Positions 8,372-16,862 are shown, counted from the stretch's first letter. The stretch: DNA of 20,000 nucleotides from an uncultured virus (IMG/VR IMGVR_UViG_3300033069_001311) (IMGVR_UViG_3300033069_001311); one strand, 5' to 3'. Made by a program: numbers and translations. Notes: generated by a model from the sequence alone, not told the origin.

Positions 8372-8563
8372 TCGTTCGCCGAAGCCGAGGATCTGTACCG
8401 CCAACTGGCGAGCGTGTTCCGAGGAGCGCCGCAGTATGACTGGCCTTGGTGCCCTCCGGCGGTCACGTACGGGCCGCTTCCGCCGCCCGATTGGAGCTAC
8501 CCTCTCCCTCCGCCAACTATCTGCGGCACCGGGAACCCCGTACCTAAATACTACACGTCATGA
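8372..8563 (+). pseudogene. 3' remnant of a Pro-rich phage hypothetical gene
   Basis: RSFAEAEDLYRQLASVF...WPWCPP...YYTS* is protein-like and ends in an ATGA overlap, but has no start of its own downstream of the ligase remnant. Confidence 0.5.
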
Positions 8564-8811
8564 CCCCAGCCGAAATCAGGGAAGCTAAGATCGACGAAAT
8601 CCGGAAATCCGCTGCCCGAAGAGCCGCGATTTGGCGGACGCTGGACGTCGACCCCGCCTCGGAAGTGATTCAAGACGTCGCCAAATGCGACCGGTGCGGT
8701 GAATCCCCGGCACTGCACCTGAGTCAGGACACCCTATGCCCGAGGTGCCAAACCGAAGCCGACGAGTACTGGCGGGAACGGTGGGATGAATACTATTCGA
8801 ATTGCCTATGA
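8560..8811 (+). CDS. Hypothetical Zn-finger protein
   Basis: CDRC...CPRC; ATGA overlaps at both ends. Confidence 0.8.
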   Translation: MTPAEIREAKIDEIRKSAARRAAIWRTLDVDPASEVIQDVAKCDRCGESPALHLSQDTLCPRCQTEADEYWRERWDEYYSNCL

Positions 8812-9818
8812 CCAAAACCCAAGCAGCCGAAGCAATCGTCCGGGAGTTCCCGGGATACCCGTCCAGGACCCTGGCTCGGTTCGTCGTGGATCGAACGCCC
8901 GGGATCTTCCGAGACGTAGAGGACGCCCGGAGGTTTATCCGTGTCCTTCGAGGCAATTATGGCAAGGCGAAGCATGGCGCCCGGAAGGACTTGGTCCGGG
9001 CGCCCGGAGCCCCTTCAGACGGCGTCTACCCGATGCCCGACCCGATCGAAGAGGAGGCGTCGTCGTGGAAGGTTCGGAAGTTCGAGTTCGACGAGTGCCT
9101 CATGCTCTCGGACATTCACGTCCCGTTCCACAACAAGATCGCTCTCGAAGCGACGCTGGCACATGGCGAGTCCCGCAACCCGGATCTGGTCTACCTCAAC
9201 GGCGACATCGTCGACTTCTACTGCACGTCCTTCTTCGACAAGGACCCCCGGCGCCGGTTCCGATTGGCGACCGAGATTGAGTACCTCAAGGCATTCTTGG
9301 AGCATCTCCGGGACCGGTTCCCGAAAGCCCGGATCGTCTACAAGGAGGGGAACCACGAGGAGCGGTTCGCCCGCATGGTGTGGAAGGACTGCCCCGAACT
9401 CGCCAGCGTTCTGACTCCGGGTGGGGCGCCCTGTACCGATCTCCGGCTCATCTTGGGACTCGACGACTTCGGGATCGAGCACATCGGGAACAAGCAGCCG
9501 GCACTCCTCGGCAAACATCTGTACGTGCTGCACGGTCACGAGTTCCGGGCGCCGATGACCAATCCGGTAAACCCGGCCCGGGGACTGTTCCTGCGGACCA
9601 AGACGAACGCAATCTGCGGTGACATGCACCAGACGAGCCACCACTCTGAGGCCGGGATGGAGAACGTCATCTCGTGCTGGTCACTCGGTTGCCTCTGCAA
9701 TCTCCGCCCGCTCTACATGCCGCTCAACAAATGGAACCACGGCTTCGCCGTCGTGGAATCCCACAAGGGCGACTGGAGCGTGGAGAATCACAAAGTCATC
9801 AACGGAAAGGTCGTATGA
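8808..9818 (+). CDS. Calcineurin-like metallophosphoesterase
   Basis: SDIH, NGDIVD, GNHE, HGH, GDMH motifs; start at ATG 8808 (ATGA overlap). Confidence 0.92.
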   Translation: MTKTQAAEAIVREFPGYPSRTLARFVVDRTPGIFRDVEDARRFIRVLRGNYGKAKHGARKDLVRAPGAPSDGVYPMPDPIEEEASSWKVRKFEFDECLMLSDIHVPFHNKIALEATLAHGESRNPDLVYLNGDIVDFYCTSFFDKDPRRRFRLATEIEYLKAFLEHLRDRFPKARIVYKEGNHEERFARMVWKDCPELASVLTPGGAPCTDLRLILGLDDFGIEHIGNKQPALLGKHLYVLHGHEFRAPMTNPVNPARGLFLRTKTNAICGDMHQTSHHSEAGMENVISCWSLGCLCNLRPLYMPLNKWNHGFAVVESHKGDWSVENHKVINGKVV

Positions 9819-9846
9819 AAACCCACTGGAATGGAGGGAATGGCCG

Positions 9847-10074
9847 ATGAACGACCTTTGGTTTTTTCTACAGTCAGTGCTTATGACCGCTGGAGCTGCG
9901 CTTGCGGCTGGTGCCATCCTGCCTCTTGTGATTGTTGGGCTTTGCGCCAGTGGGATGATTCTTGCGGGGATAAGCTGGGTTCTTTTGTTCATCGTCGGCC
10001 TCCCGATGTTCGCCTGGGACTGCCTTGTGAAGTGGTACAAGCGCAGCCGCAGAGACTCTAGCCACTCCACGTGA
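9847..10074 (+). CDS. Small membrane protein, 75 aa
   Basis: GGAGG at 9833-9837; about 50 hydrophobic residues followed by the basic tail KWYKRSRR. Confidence 0.75.
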   Translation: MNDLWFFLQSVLMTAGAALAAGAILPLVIVGLCASGMILAGISWVLLFIVGLPMFAWDCLVKWYKRSRRDSSHST

Positions 10075-10336
10075 TGACCTGCGCCCAGAAGCGGAAACTT
10101 CGCGCCCGACTCTTTGAGAAGCAGCGGAGGAAATGCTTCTACTGCGGGACGGGACTCACCTCGCCCTCACCCACGACATGCCCGGAGAATATGCAACACT
10201 CGACCATATCAAACCCCGATCCCTCGGAGGATCAAACAAGCAGGACAATTTCGTTCTCGCTTGTGAGCCCTGCAACCGAACCAAAGGAAATACCTTTGGA
10301 GACGCCGTCGCCGAACTTTTCCTGCTCCGTTTCTGA
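10071..10336 (+). pseudogene. HNH endonuclease interrupted by a frameshift
   Basis: KQRRKCFYCG in one frame; ATLDHIKPRSLGGSNKQDNFVLACEPCNRTKG in another; CGGGA tandem duplication at 10145-10154. Confidence 0.88.
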
Positions 10337-10505
10337 GCCGGTCTTGCAAGTCCGCTTAGCGGCCGGAAACCTGCGCCGGAAATACGACGAGATTTTGGTT
10401 GAACTCGCCCGGCTCGCGAAGGATAAATGCCCGGAGCCGGACGAGTATCCGGAAGAACTCTGCGGTGTGGCGGAACGAATTCGGTACTACGCAGACAGAC
10501 AATGA
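10296..10505 (+). CDS. Hypothetical protein (start uncertain)
   Basis: TTG preceded by AAGGA; helical C-terminus LRRKYDEILVELARL...; stop overlaps the next ATG. Confidence 0.5.
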   Translation: METPSPNFSCSVSEPVLQVRLAAGNLRRKYDEILVELARLAKDKCPEPDEYPEELCGVAERIRYYADRQ

Positions 10506-10705
10506 GTACAAACCACAGCCCAGTCCATGTCGTCTTAGTGACCCAACTCCGGGACTCTCTGGAGGACCTTCTTGCGACACAGGCTAGCGAATGCGATTCG
10601 GACAGCGAGGGGTATTGCCAAGCCCATTTTCGCGACCACTCAATAGATGGCTGCCGGGTTCGCAAAGCGAAAGACGTACTGTTCGACTTCGACTCCTGCC
10701 TATGA
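10502..10705 (+). CDS. Hypothetical protein, 67 aa
   Basis: ATGA overlaps at both ends; C...CQAH...C possible metal site. Confidence 0.75.
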   Translation: MSTNHSPVHVVLVTQLRDSLEDLLATQASECDSDSEGYCQAHFRDHSIDGCRVRKAKDVLFDFDSCL

Positions 10706-11163
10706 GCGCCACCCTAATCGCCATCGACCCCGGAATGTCCGGAGGCGTCGCCTGGATTCGTGAAGGGCAAGCTGCGGCCTGCAAGATGCCGCCGGAGGAC
10801 GAACTCAACGACCTGTTCTACACGCTCGGTCCGATCCGGGCGGTCTACATCGAGCTGGTGCCTTGGGTCCTCGGCATGAAAATCTCGCCGGCATCGGTGG
10901 GCAAGCTGCACTACCAACGGGGTCTGTGCGAGGGTCTGGTCGTGGGGCGCGGGATTCGGTTGGTGCGAACCGAGCCCAAGGTCTGGCAGTCGAAATTTCA
11001 CCTCGGAACGCGGAAGGACGCAGGGGGCTACAGTCAATGGAAAAGGAAGTTGAAGACGGAAGCGGCGCGGAGATTCCCGGATCTGGATGTGACGTTGAAC
11101 ACGGCGGATGCGCTCCTGATTCTGGAGTACGCCCGCGGGGTCGAGGTTGGCGCCGCAATCTAG
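10702..11163 (+). CDS. RuvC-like Holliday junction resolvase
   Basis: IAIDPGMSGGVA, VYIE, PKVWQ, TADALLI: RNase H-fold acidic motifs. Confidence 0.88.
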   Translation: MSATLIAIDPGMSGGVAWIREGQAAACKMPPEDELNDLFYTLGPIRAVYIELVPWVLGMKISPASVGKLHYQRGLCEGLVVGRGIRLVRTEPKVWQSKFHLGTRKDAGGYSQWKRKLKTEAARRFPDLDVTLNTADALLILEYARGVEVGAAI

Positions 11164-11207
11164 GGAGTACGCCTGCGAAGGCGGCCAAGGACCCGGGCCG
11201 GATTCGG

Positions 11208-11426
11208 ATGTCGGCGGCCCGAGCCCTGCGGGAGCAACTGATCCCGGTCCGGACTCAGCGGGAAGTGGCGGAGATCATGTCGCGGACCGAGGGCCGAAGA
11301 GTTTCAAAGTCGAATGTCGAATTGTGGGAGATGGCGGCACTGGACAAAGTCATCAGGCTTATGAAGAAATCGGAGCTTGAAGTTTGCAAGGCGCGGGAGA
11401 AAGCTTTGGGGGAAAGGCTGCAATGA
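11208..11426 (+). CDS. Stand-alone sigma-70 region-4-like HTH protein (start uncertain)
   Basis: RTQREVAEIM...VSKSNVELWEMAALDKV resembles the region 4.2 pattern T-x-x-EV...V-S/T...V-x-x-x-E-x-x-AL-x-K. Confidence 0.65.
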   Translation: MSAARALREQLIPVRTQREVAEIMSRTEGRRVSKSNVELWEMAALDKVIRLMKKSELEVCKAREKALGERLQ

Positions 11427-11719
11427 AAACTGAACTGATCAACCGTGTAGGGCTGGGAATTGTTGTTGTCGTGGGCCTCTTTGTCGGTATCGCGCTTATG
11501 TCCAAATCCCGGACTGCTAGGGGCTCGGTCACAGCGGGTCTCATGTCCCAAGTCGCCCGGGATTCATACACAACAGGCTTCATGATTGGGTGGAAGGTCC
11601 GGGATCTTGGAGGAACCTACGACGTGGCGTTCCGTTTGGCGTCCGGATACCCGACGAATGTCGCCGAGGTTCAGGCGTGGTTCGCCGGTAAGGATACGAG
11701 CCTCACTTTCCCGGAGTGA
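11423..11719 (+). CDS. Membrane-anchored hypothetical protein
   Basis: N-terminal TM VGLGIVVVVGLFVGIALM; coupled overlaps. Confidence 0.75.
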   Translation: MKTELINRVGLGIVVVVGLFVGIALMSKSRTARGSVTAGLMSQVARDSYTTGFMIGWKVRDLGGTYDVAFRLASGYPTNVAEVQAWFAGKDTSLTFPE

Positions 11720-11913
11720 CTATGCCGAAAATCACCATAGAGTTCGCGCACTCCATCGGAGACCGGGTGCTTGTCAAAGAAATCCAGCGACCGGGCATAG
11801 TCAAGGCGCTCACGGTCGACTACCTCGGGCCCCAGTACTCCGTCCATTTCTGGAACGACGGCAACCGGCGCATCGAATGGTTGACGGAATCTGAAGTGGA
11901 GGCGAGGCCATGA
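11716..11913 (+). CDS. Small SH3/KOW-like beta-barrel hypothetical protein
   Basis: IGDRVLVK...GIV...YSVHF...WLTESEVE pattern. Confidence 0.75.
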   Translation: MTMPKITIEFAHSIGDRVLVKEIQRPGIVKALTVDYLGPQYSVHFWNDGNRRIEWLTESEVEARP

Positions 11914-12053
11914 ACGCCGCATCTCTCTGGGGAATCCTCGCGTGGATGTGGTGCCGGTGGGCGCACCGAAACGTGCATCGCGTCATTGAACACCGAGACG
12001 TCGTCATCAAAGAATGCCCCCGATGCCGGTGGCAGTTTGCGGAAGAGCCATGA
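11910..12053 (+). CDS. Hypothetical protein, 47 aa, C-x3-H...CxxC
   Basis: Read by hand: MNAASLWGILAWMWCRWAHRNVHRVIEHRDVVIKECPRCRWQFAEEP; ATGA overlaps at both ends. Confidence 0.7.
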   Translation: MNAASLWGILAWMWCRWAHRNVHRVIEHRDVVIKECPRCRWQFAEEP

Positions 12054-12349
12054 ACATCGAAGTCCCCATCTCACTCACCCAACTGGAATGCGGGCTCGTC
12101 TTCCGGGGCGACAACTCCTTCGAGACGCTCGTGGACGTCGATCGGGAAACGGTACTCCGAGCCATTGAACCGCGGGGCGATGATTTCTCTATTCTCGACT
12201 CGGACCTGCTTCCGGTCACGGGCCGTCGCTACTACTGGAGCCAGCTCGCCGAATCCTGTGGCGATTCCGTGAATCAAGTCTTGACTGCTTGGACAGGAAA
12301 GACGATATACGGAACGTGCGTCGTATTGCCTACTGACACTGAACTATGA
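12050..12349 (+). CDS. Hypothetical protein (weakly DUF3846-like C-terminus)
   Basis: ATGA overlaps; VNQVLTAWTGKTIYGTCVVL tail. Confidence 0.7.
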   Translation: MNIEVPISLTQLECGLVFRGDNSFETLVDVDRETVLRAIEPRGDDFSILDSDLLPVTGRRYYWSQLAESCGDSVNQVLTAWTGKTIYGTCVVLPTDTEL

Positions 12350-12705
12350 AACTCGAACTTGACTCTTCGGAACTAGGCGCCGTTATCGGCGCTCTGGTAA
12401 CGGCCAAATACTACTCCCGGCTCCGGCCGGAGTCGGTTGACGAAATCGCGAGCGTAGCGGACCCGATCTTGAAGAAATGCTTCGACTTGCTCACTCCCGA
12501 AGAGAGGGTGCTTACGAAGGCGTACACTCTAGGTCCCCAACAGGGGTGGCGCAAGTTCTTTTGCCACGAGTGCAATTCGGAATGGCGCGACTACACCAGC
12601 CCGAGCGGGTCTAATTGCCCCCGGTGCGGCGAATGGGAGTTTCCCGTCGCCGGGGACGCAGATCCAAACATCCCTGTCGACGCTTTTGGAAACCTGATCA
12701 AATGA
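12346..12705 (+). CDS. Hypothetical Zn-ribbon protein
   Basis: FFCHECN...CPRCG; ATGA overlaps. Confidence 0.8.
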   Translation: MKLELDSSELGAVIGALVTAKYYSRLRPESVDEIASVADPILKKCFDLLTPEERVLTKAYTLGPQQGWRKFFCHECNSEWRDYTSPSGSNCPRCGEWEFPVAGDADPNIPVDAFGNLIK

Positions 12706-13769
12706 CAACCACCATCGAAATCCCCGAAGGGGTCTTCCTCGACCCGTACCTGAAGGCCAACCGAGACTCCGGTACGATCTTCCGGCTTCAGGCCGGCAAC
12801 TACTACACCCGCGGCTGTTTCGACTTCCCGGAGCACGATCTCTGCATGCTTGCCCCCGGGTGTAGCATCGTCGGAGAAACCGGAGAGTCCATCATCATGC
12901 TGGACGACGCCGTCTTGGAGCACGACGGCAAGCCCACGGGGTACACCGAAGTCCTGACCGCGGGAGCGCGGACGAAGGGTTCGTCTGTCTCCGTCGTAGT
13001 CAGCGGAGTCGTGATCAAATGCTCACACTACCCCACCGTCCCGACCGTGGGACTTCACGTGTGGTCTTCCCAGGCGATGGTCAGCAATGTTATGGTGGTC
13101 GATCTCTTCGGAGACCGAGACGCCACGACGCCGGTCCGGGAAGGGTTCGGGATTCTGGTGAATCCGGGGGCTTACTCGCTCGGGCCCGACGGCGGGAACT
13201 TCGTCAAAGGGTGCCGGGTCGATCTGCTCAAGACCGCCAAGGAAAACTACTGCACGGCGATCTTCATCGGAGGTTCGAAGCGGGAAGGCGTCCCTCTGCT
13301 CCGGTCGCACATTCGAGTCTGCCAGACGATCGCTTCCGACGGGCACGCCGCATTCGCCATGAACGATCGGACCTCGATCTCCGACTGCGAGGCCGTCGGG
13401 TTCCGACGAGCGGTCTTCGTTGATACCGGCCCGGTTCGGGATTGCCGGATCGAGCGACTGGATGCCGGAGACTGTGGCTGGGCTCTCGATCTGCGCGGGA
13501 CGTCGGAACGCCGCGGGATTCTGGTGAAGGATTCGTCCTTCAGCTTCCGGGCGATCGACGGATGGGCGCAGGCGATCCTGCTCTCGGACGACGATTCGGG
13601 GGCATACGTCGACGGCGTCGCGATCGACGGCTGTACGTTCATCGCCCCGAGCGACAGGGGGCGAGCCTCGAAGGCTCGACTGCGCGGGAAGAACGTCGAA
13701 CCGTTTACCGAGCGGAACAACACGTGGGTCGGGAACTGGGAACTTCCGGTCATCCAGAAAACCGTATGA
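12702..13769 (+). CDS. Right-handed parallel beta-helix (pectin-lyase-like) protein, 355 aa
   Basis: IFRLQAGNY and SIVGETGESII cap motifs; repeating strands VSNVMV, VKGCRV, ISDCEA, VKDSSF, IDGCTF. Confidence 0.75.
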   Translation: MTTTIEIPEGVFLDPYLKANRDSGTIFRLQAGNYYTRGCFDFPEHDLCMLAPGCSIVGETGESIIMLDDAVLEHDGKPTGYTEVLTAGARTKGSSVSVVVSGVVIKCSHYPTVPTVGLHVWSSQAMVSNVMVVDLFGDRDATTPVREGFGILVNPGAYSLGPDGGNFVKGCRVDLLKTAKENYCTAIFIGGSKREGVPLLRSHIRVCQTIASDGHAAFAMNDRTSISDCEAVGFRRAVFVDTGPVRDCRIERLDAGDCGWALDLRGTSERRGILVKDSSFSFRAIDGWAQAILLSDDDSGAYVDGVAIDGCTFIAPSDRGRASKARLRGKNVEPFTERNNTWVGNWELPVIQKTV

Positions 13770-13954
13770 GACCCGAACTCGTAGCCGCCTGCCGGGAGCT
13801 GGAGATCCCGTCCCGGAATCTGGAATCCATCTTGGTGCCCCTACTTAGCGGGGGCCGGGGACTGGAGACCAACCTTCGGGAGGCGGAGATCCGGCTCAAG
13901 ATTTGCATTGTCAACCTGCAAGCAGCTATGAAGAGAGCGGAGGAATTGCTATGA
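13766..13954 (+). CDS. Hypothetical helical protein, 62 aa
   Basis: ATGA overlaps at both ends. Confidence 0.7.
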   Translation: MRPELVAACRELEIPSRNLESILVPLLSGGRGLETNLREAEIRLKICIVNLQAAMKRAEELL

Positions 13955-14358
13955 TACAGAGGATAGGGACAGTCTACGAAACCCCGGACGGGCGAGAGTT
14001 CGCCGACCGAGTCGAAGCGGCTACTCACGAACTATTCGAGGACCTCGAAGCGTGGAAGAAAGACGAAGGCCGAGATGAGATCAGCCCGTTCTTTTTCGCT
14101 CAGTGCCTCCGCGATCTCAGGGAAGGCGACGACGTTTCGCGATTCTGTGATCCATGTGCCCAAAGCCAGCTCATCAAAGCCTGCAATCTGCTTGGTGAGG
14201 TGCTGCGAAAAGATCGTGAGGCCATCGCAAGAATGAAGTCTGAGGCGCCGTGGTATCAGGTTCCGGATGAGTTGGCGGATCTTCACCGCAGGATAGCGCG
14301 GACGATTGGTGAAGAGTCGCCGAACGCCACGCCGTCAGCCACGGAGGGCGGGCGATGA
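13951..14358 (+). CDS. Hypothetical protein
   Basis: GGAGG upstream; YETPDGREF...EAATHE motif common in phage early proteins. Confidence 0.8.
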   Translation: MIQRIGTVYETPDGREFADRVEAATHELFEDLEAWKKDEGRDEISPFFFAQCLRDLREGDDVSRFCDPCAQSQLIKACNLLGEVLRKDREAIARMKSEAPWYQVPDELADLHRRIARTIGEESPNATPSATEGGR

Positions 14359-14786
14359 GCCTGATCAACTGCAAGGCGTGTGGAGAGACCCACAATCAGG
14401 ACCGGACGTGTGCGCGGCCTCCGTTAGCTGGACGCTCTGGATCGGAGGGCTGCGCTTGGACGGACCTGCGAGCTTACTGGGCCGAGTGTGAGAAATTGGA
14501 TAAAGACTACCGAACGGACGAAGAGCGCGTGTTGCTTGGTGAGATGTTCACCCGGTACGAAGCCCTCAAAAAACTGGGATGGCAGGATATCATTTACTGC
14601 CCGAAGGACGGTTCCGAGTTTTTGAGCATCAGTGCGGGCAGCCCTGGCGTCCATCGCTGCCATTACGACGGCGAATGGCCGAAGGGATTCTGGTGGATTT
14701 CCGAAGCGGGGGACATGCGGCCGGCTCACCCGATACTCTGGAAGCCGATGATGCGGTTCCTCAACAACGCAGGAGACATCTCGTGA
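14355..14786 (+). CDS. Hypothetical protein with a DUF551-like C-terminal domain
   Basis: WQDIIYCPKDGSEFL...HPILWKP; N-terminal CKAC...H...C. Confidence 0.75.
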   Translation: MSLINCKACGETHNQDRTCARPPLAGRSGSEGCAWTDLRAYWAECEKLDKDYRTDEERVLLGEMFTRYEALKKLGWQDIIYCPKDGSEFLSISAGSPGVHRCHYDGEWPKGFWWISEAGDMRPAHPILWKPMMRFLNNAGDIS

Positions 14787-14956
14787 GCGCCCGGCGACCC
14801 CACCCACGACTTGACGCCCTCGACCGGCTTGCCCTTGTGGGTCCGGACGACGGAGAGCAGGAGATCCTTTCGATCCTGATCGACTTCCTCGTCGGGATCG
14901 AAGAGGCAACCGTAGCCCGAGCCGTTCTGGCGGCCCGAGAAAGGACTGACGCGTGA
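14783..14956 (+). CDS. Hypothetical protein, 57 aa
   Basis: GTGA overlap; amphipathic helices. Confidence 0.7.
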   Translation: MSARRPHPRLDALDRLALVGPDDGEQEILSILIDFLVGIEEATVARAVLAARERTDA

Positions 14957-15152
14957 GCAAGATTACGTTGAAATCGAACACGACTCAGGATTCGCAGGGT
15001 TCGAAGTGGCGAAGATTGTCGCTCTTATGTCGCAGGACAACGTCCTCCAAGTACTGACGGATGTGGACATTGTGACCATCCCCTTCCGCAACGCGAAGTC
15101 CGCGGCGGAGGCGTTCGACAAAATCTCCAAGGCGAAGGAGGCGGTAGCGTGA
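14953..15152 (+). CDS. Hypothetical protein with a frameshifted or non-canonical start
   Basis: Protein-like frame DYVEIEHDSGFAGFEVAKIVALM...AFDKISKAKEAVA* ends in a GTGA overlap; the coupled GTG at 14953 is one base out of frame. Confidence 0.55.
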
Positions 15153-15418
15153 AAACGTTCCTCGATCGGGTGTTCGATGGGTTAGCTGCATGGGAGAAAG
15201 TTGCGTCTTCGGAGGAGAAAGAAAACGCAGTGCAGCACACAGGTCTGGTTGCGATCCCCGTCCATTTTGTCATCCTGTTTTGGTGGGGCGCCGCGTACCT
15301 CAATTTCGTCCCCCACGCTTGGTGGTCGCTCCCACTCGGGCTCACCGCGATAGTCGCGCACAGCGCTCTAGCCCTCGTCAGCCTCCCCTTCATCCACTAC
15401 TTCCTGATCAAGAAATGA
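15149..15418 (+). CDS. Membrane protein with two predicted TM helices
   Basis: Two hydrophobic stretches, KK C-terminus; AGGAGG upstream. Confidence 0.8.
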   Translation: MKTFLDRVFDGLAAWEKVASSEEKENAVQHTGLVAIPVHFVILFWWGAAYLNFVPHAWWSLPLGLTAIVAHSALALVSLPFIHYFLIKK

Positions 15419-15918
15419 CCACACCCCTCATCCTCGGCCTCATCGGGCGCAAGAGGTCCGGAAAGGACACCCTATTCCGGATCGTCAAATCTCGATACCC
15501 GAACGCGGAACGGGTTGCCATCGCGGATCCGCTCAAGGAAGACATCGCCCGGCGATTCGACTCCACGGTCCAGGCGATCAAGGAGAACAAGGAATTCTGG
15601 CGCCCGGTTCTCCAGTGGTGGGGGCACGTCCACCGGGAGATGTGGACGGCGAAGGCGTTCCTGCGAATCGAGAATTCGCCCTCGAATCTGGTCGTGGTGA
15701 CCGATGCCCGGTACCCGGAGCAGTTCGACCTCATCCGGCGCCGGAATGGGCTCCTGGTCCGGGTTCTGCGCGAGGAGCACGGTTCGGCCGATATGCACCC
15801 GTCGGAGGACAACGTCACGACGGCGGGCGCGGATCTCTTCGTCTGGAATCCCGGAGATGCGACGTTCGTCGACGGGCTCGGGGAGTTGTGGAAGGCGATT
15901 GAGGGGAGGCTGTCATGA
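15415..15918 (+). CDS. Deoxynucleoside monophosphate kinase
   Basis: P-loop GRKRSGKDT, ADPLKE, RPVLQWWG, VVTDARYPEQ, HPSE. Confidence 0.9.
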   Translation: MTTPLILGLIGRKRSGKDTLFRIVKSRYPNAERVAIADPLKEDIARRFDSTVQAIKENKEFWRPVLQWWGHVHREMWTAKAFLRIENSPSNLVVVTDARYPEQFDLIRRRNGLLVRVLREEHGSADMHPSEDNVTTAGADLFVWNPGDATFVDGLGELWKAIEGRLS

Positions 15919-16124
15919 GTCGTTCGGATCTCCTGCGACGGATGGCGACCATGAAAGTCGACGACCGACCCCCGAAGGGCGGGTGGGCTCTCGGGCCGTA
16001 CTTGAACACCTGTCTCCGATGCCGACAGGACTTCCTTGGCGACAAGAGGGCGTCCCATTGCGCGGACTGTGCGTACGAACCGGAACGGGAACCTCTGACA
16101 GACATCAATGGGTGCGACGTATGA
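15915..16124 (+). CDS. Hypothetical Zn-finger protein
   Basis: CLRC...FLGDKRA...CADCA; ATGA overlaps. Confidence 0.8.
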   Translation: MSRSDLLRRMATMKVDDRPPKGGWALGPYLNTCLRCRQDFLGDKRASHCADCAYEPEREPLTDINGCDV

Positions 16125-16432
16125 GCCCCCTCCGCCTCCTTAAGCTCTGGTCCTCCGCCATGCGCCGGGAAGGTAAATCCGTCGTCCGGTGGGCCATCCC
16201 GCTCCTGATTCAGGGGATCAGGGCCCGGCCATTCGTCTCAGGTGCCCGGTGGCGGAGCCGGATGCGGGCTTGCGGTCGCTGTCCGGTCTATGACCGAGTG
16301 ACGCGCCAGTGTCGGGATGGGGAGCTGGGCTGCGGGTGCAGCTGCCCGGTCAAGTTCCTCTTCGAGGGCGAGACGTGCTGGGCGAGGGAGCAGGGGATCT
16401 ATGGACTCGGGTGGCCGGAGAATGTGAAATGA
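16121..16432 (+). CDS. Cys-rich hypothetical protein (DUF6171-like pattern)
   Basis: R-x3-CGRCP...C...CGC...K...C...W. Confidence 0.75.
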   Translation: MSPLRLLKLWSSAMRREGKSVVRWAIPLLIQGIRARPFVSGARWRSRMRACGRCPVYDRVTRQCRDGELGCGCSCPVKFLFEGETCWAREQGIYGLGWPENVK

Positions 16433-16617
16433 ACTACGAGAATTGTCTAACCCGTCTCGGGCTGGCACAGGTCAGCGGCGGGACCAAAACGCTGGCGTTG
16501 AGCATCCTTTATCTGCTCCGCGAGGAGTCCGAAAACCTCTACTGGGACACCGAAGAAGACGCCATCGAAATCGAAGTTGCGGATGGAACAGTCGTAGTGA
16601 CGGGGAAGAAGCCATGA
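16429..16617 (+). CDS. Hypothetical protein, 62 aa
   Basis: ATGA overlaps at both ends. Confidence 0.7.
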   Translation: MNYENCLTRLGLAQVSGGTKTLALSILYLLREESENLYWDTEEDAIEIEVADGTVVVTGKKP

Positions 16618-16862
16618 AAATCGTGAAACTCAGCGGGGGTTCGGTATCGGAGCAGCATTTCGTCATGAACGACCAAGGAAGAGGGGTGCGGCTCCCGCTT
16701 CCCCGCGAGATCGTCGAAAGGTATGGAATACTGCTCCGGGCGGCCCACTCACCGGAGGGGTATCCTCAGTTGGACACGTTGCTCGAAATCCCGGAAGCTC
16801 TCGCGCCCGAGGCGCCGGTCTTGAGGCGTGGATACGACGCCGGAAAGCTCGTGCTGAAATGA
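16614..16862 (+). CDS. Hypothetical protein, 82 aa
   Basis: ATGA overlaps at both ends. Confidence 0.7.
   Translation: MKIVKLSGGSVSEQHFVMNDQGRGVRLPLPREIVERYGILLRAAHSPEGYPQLDTLLEIPEALAPEAPVLRRGYDAGKLVLK

Noticed and set aside
15149..15418. Holin
   Set aside because: Two TM helices fit, but no endolysin is nearby and the context is nucleotide metabolism.
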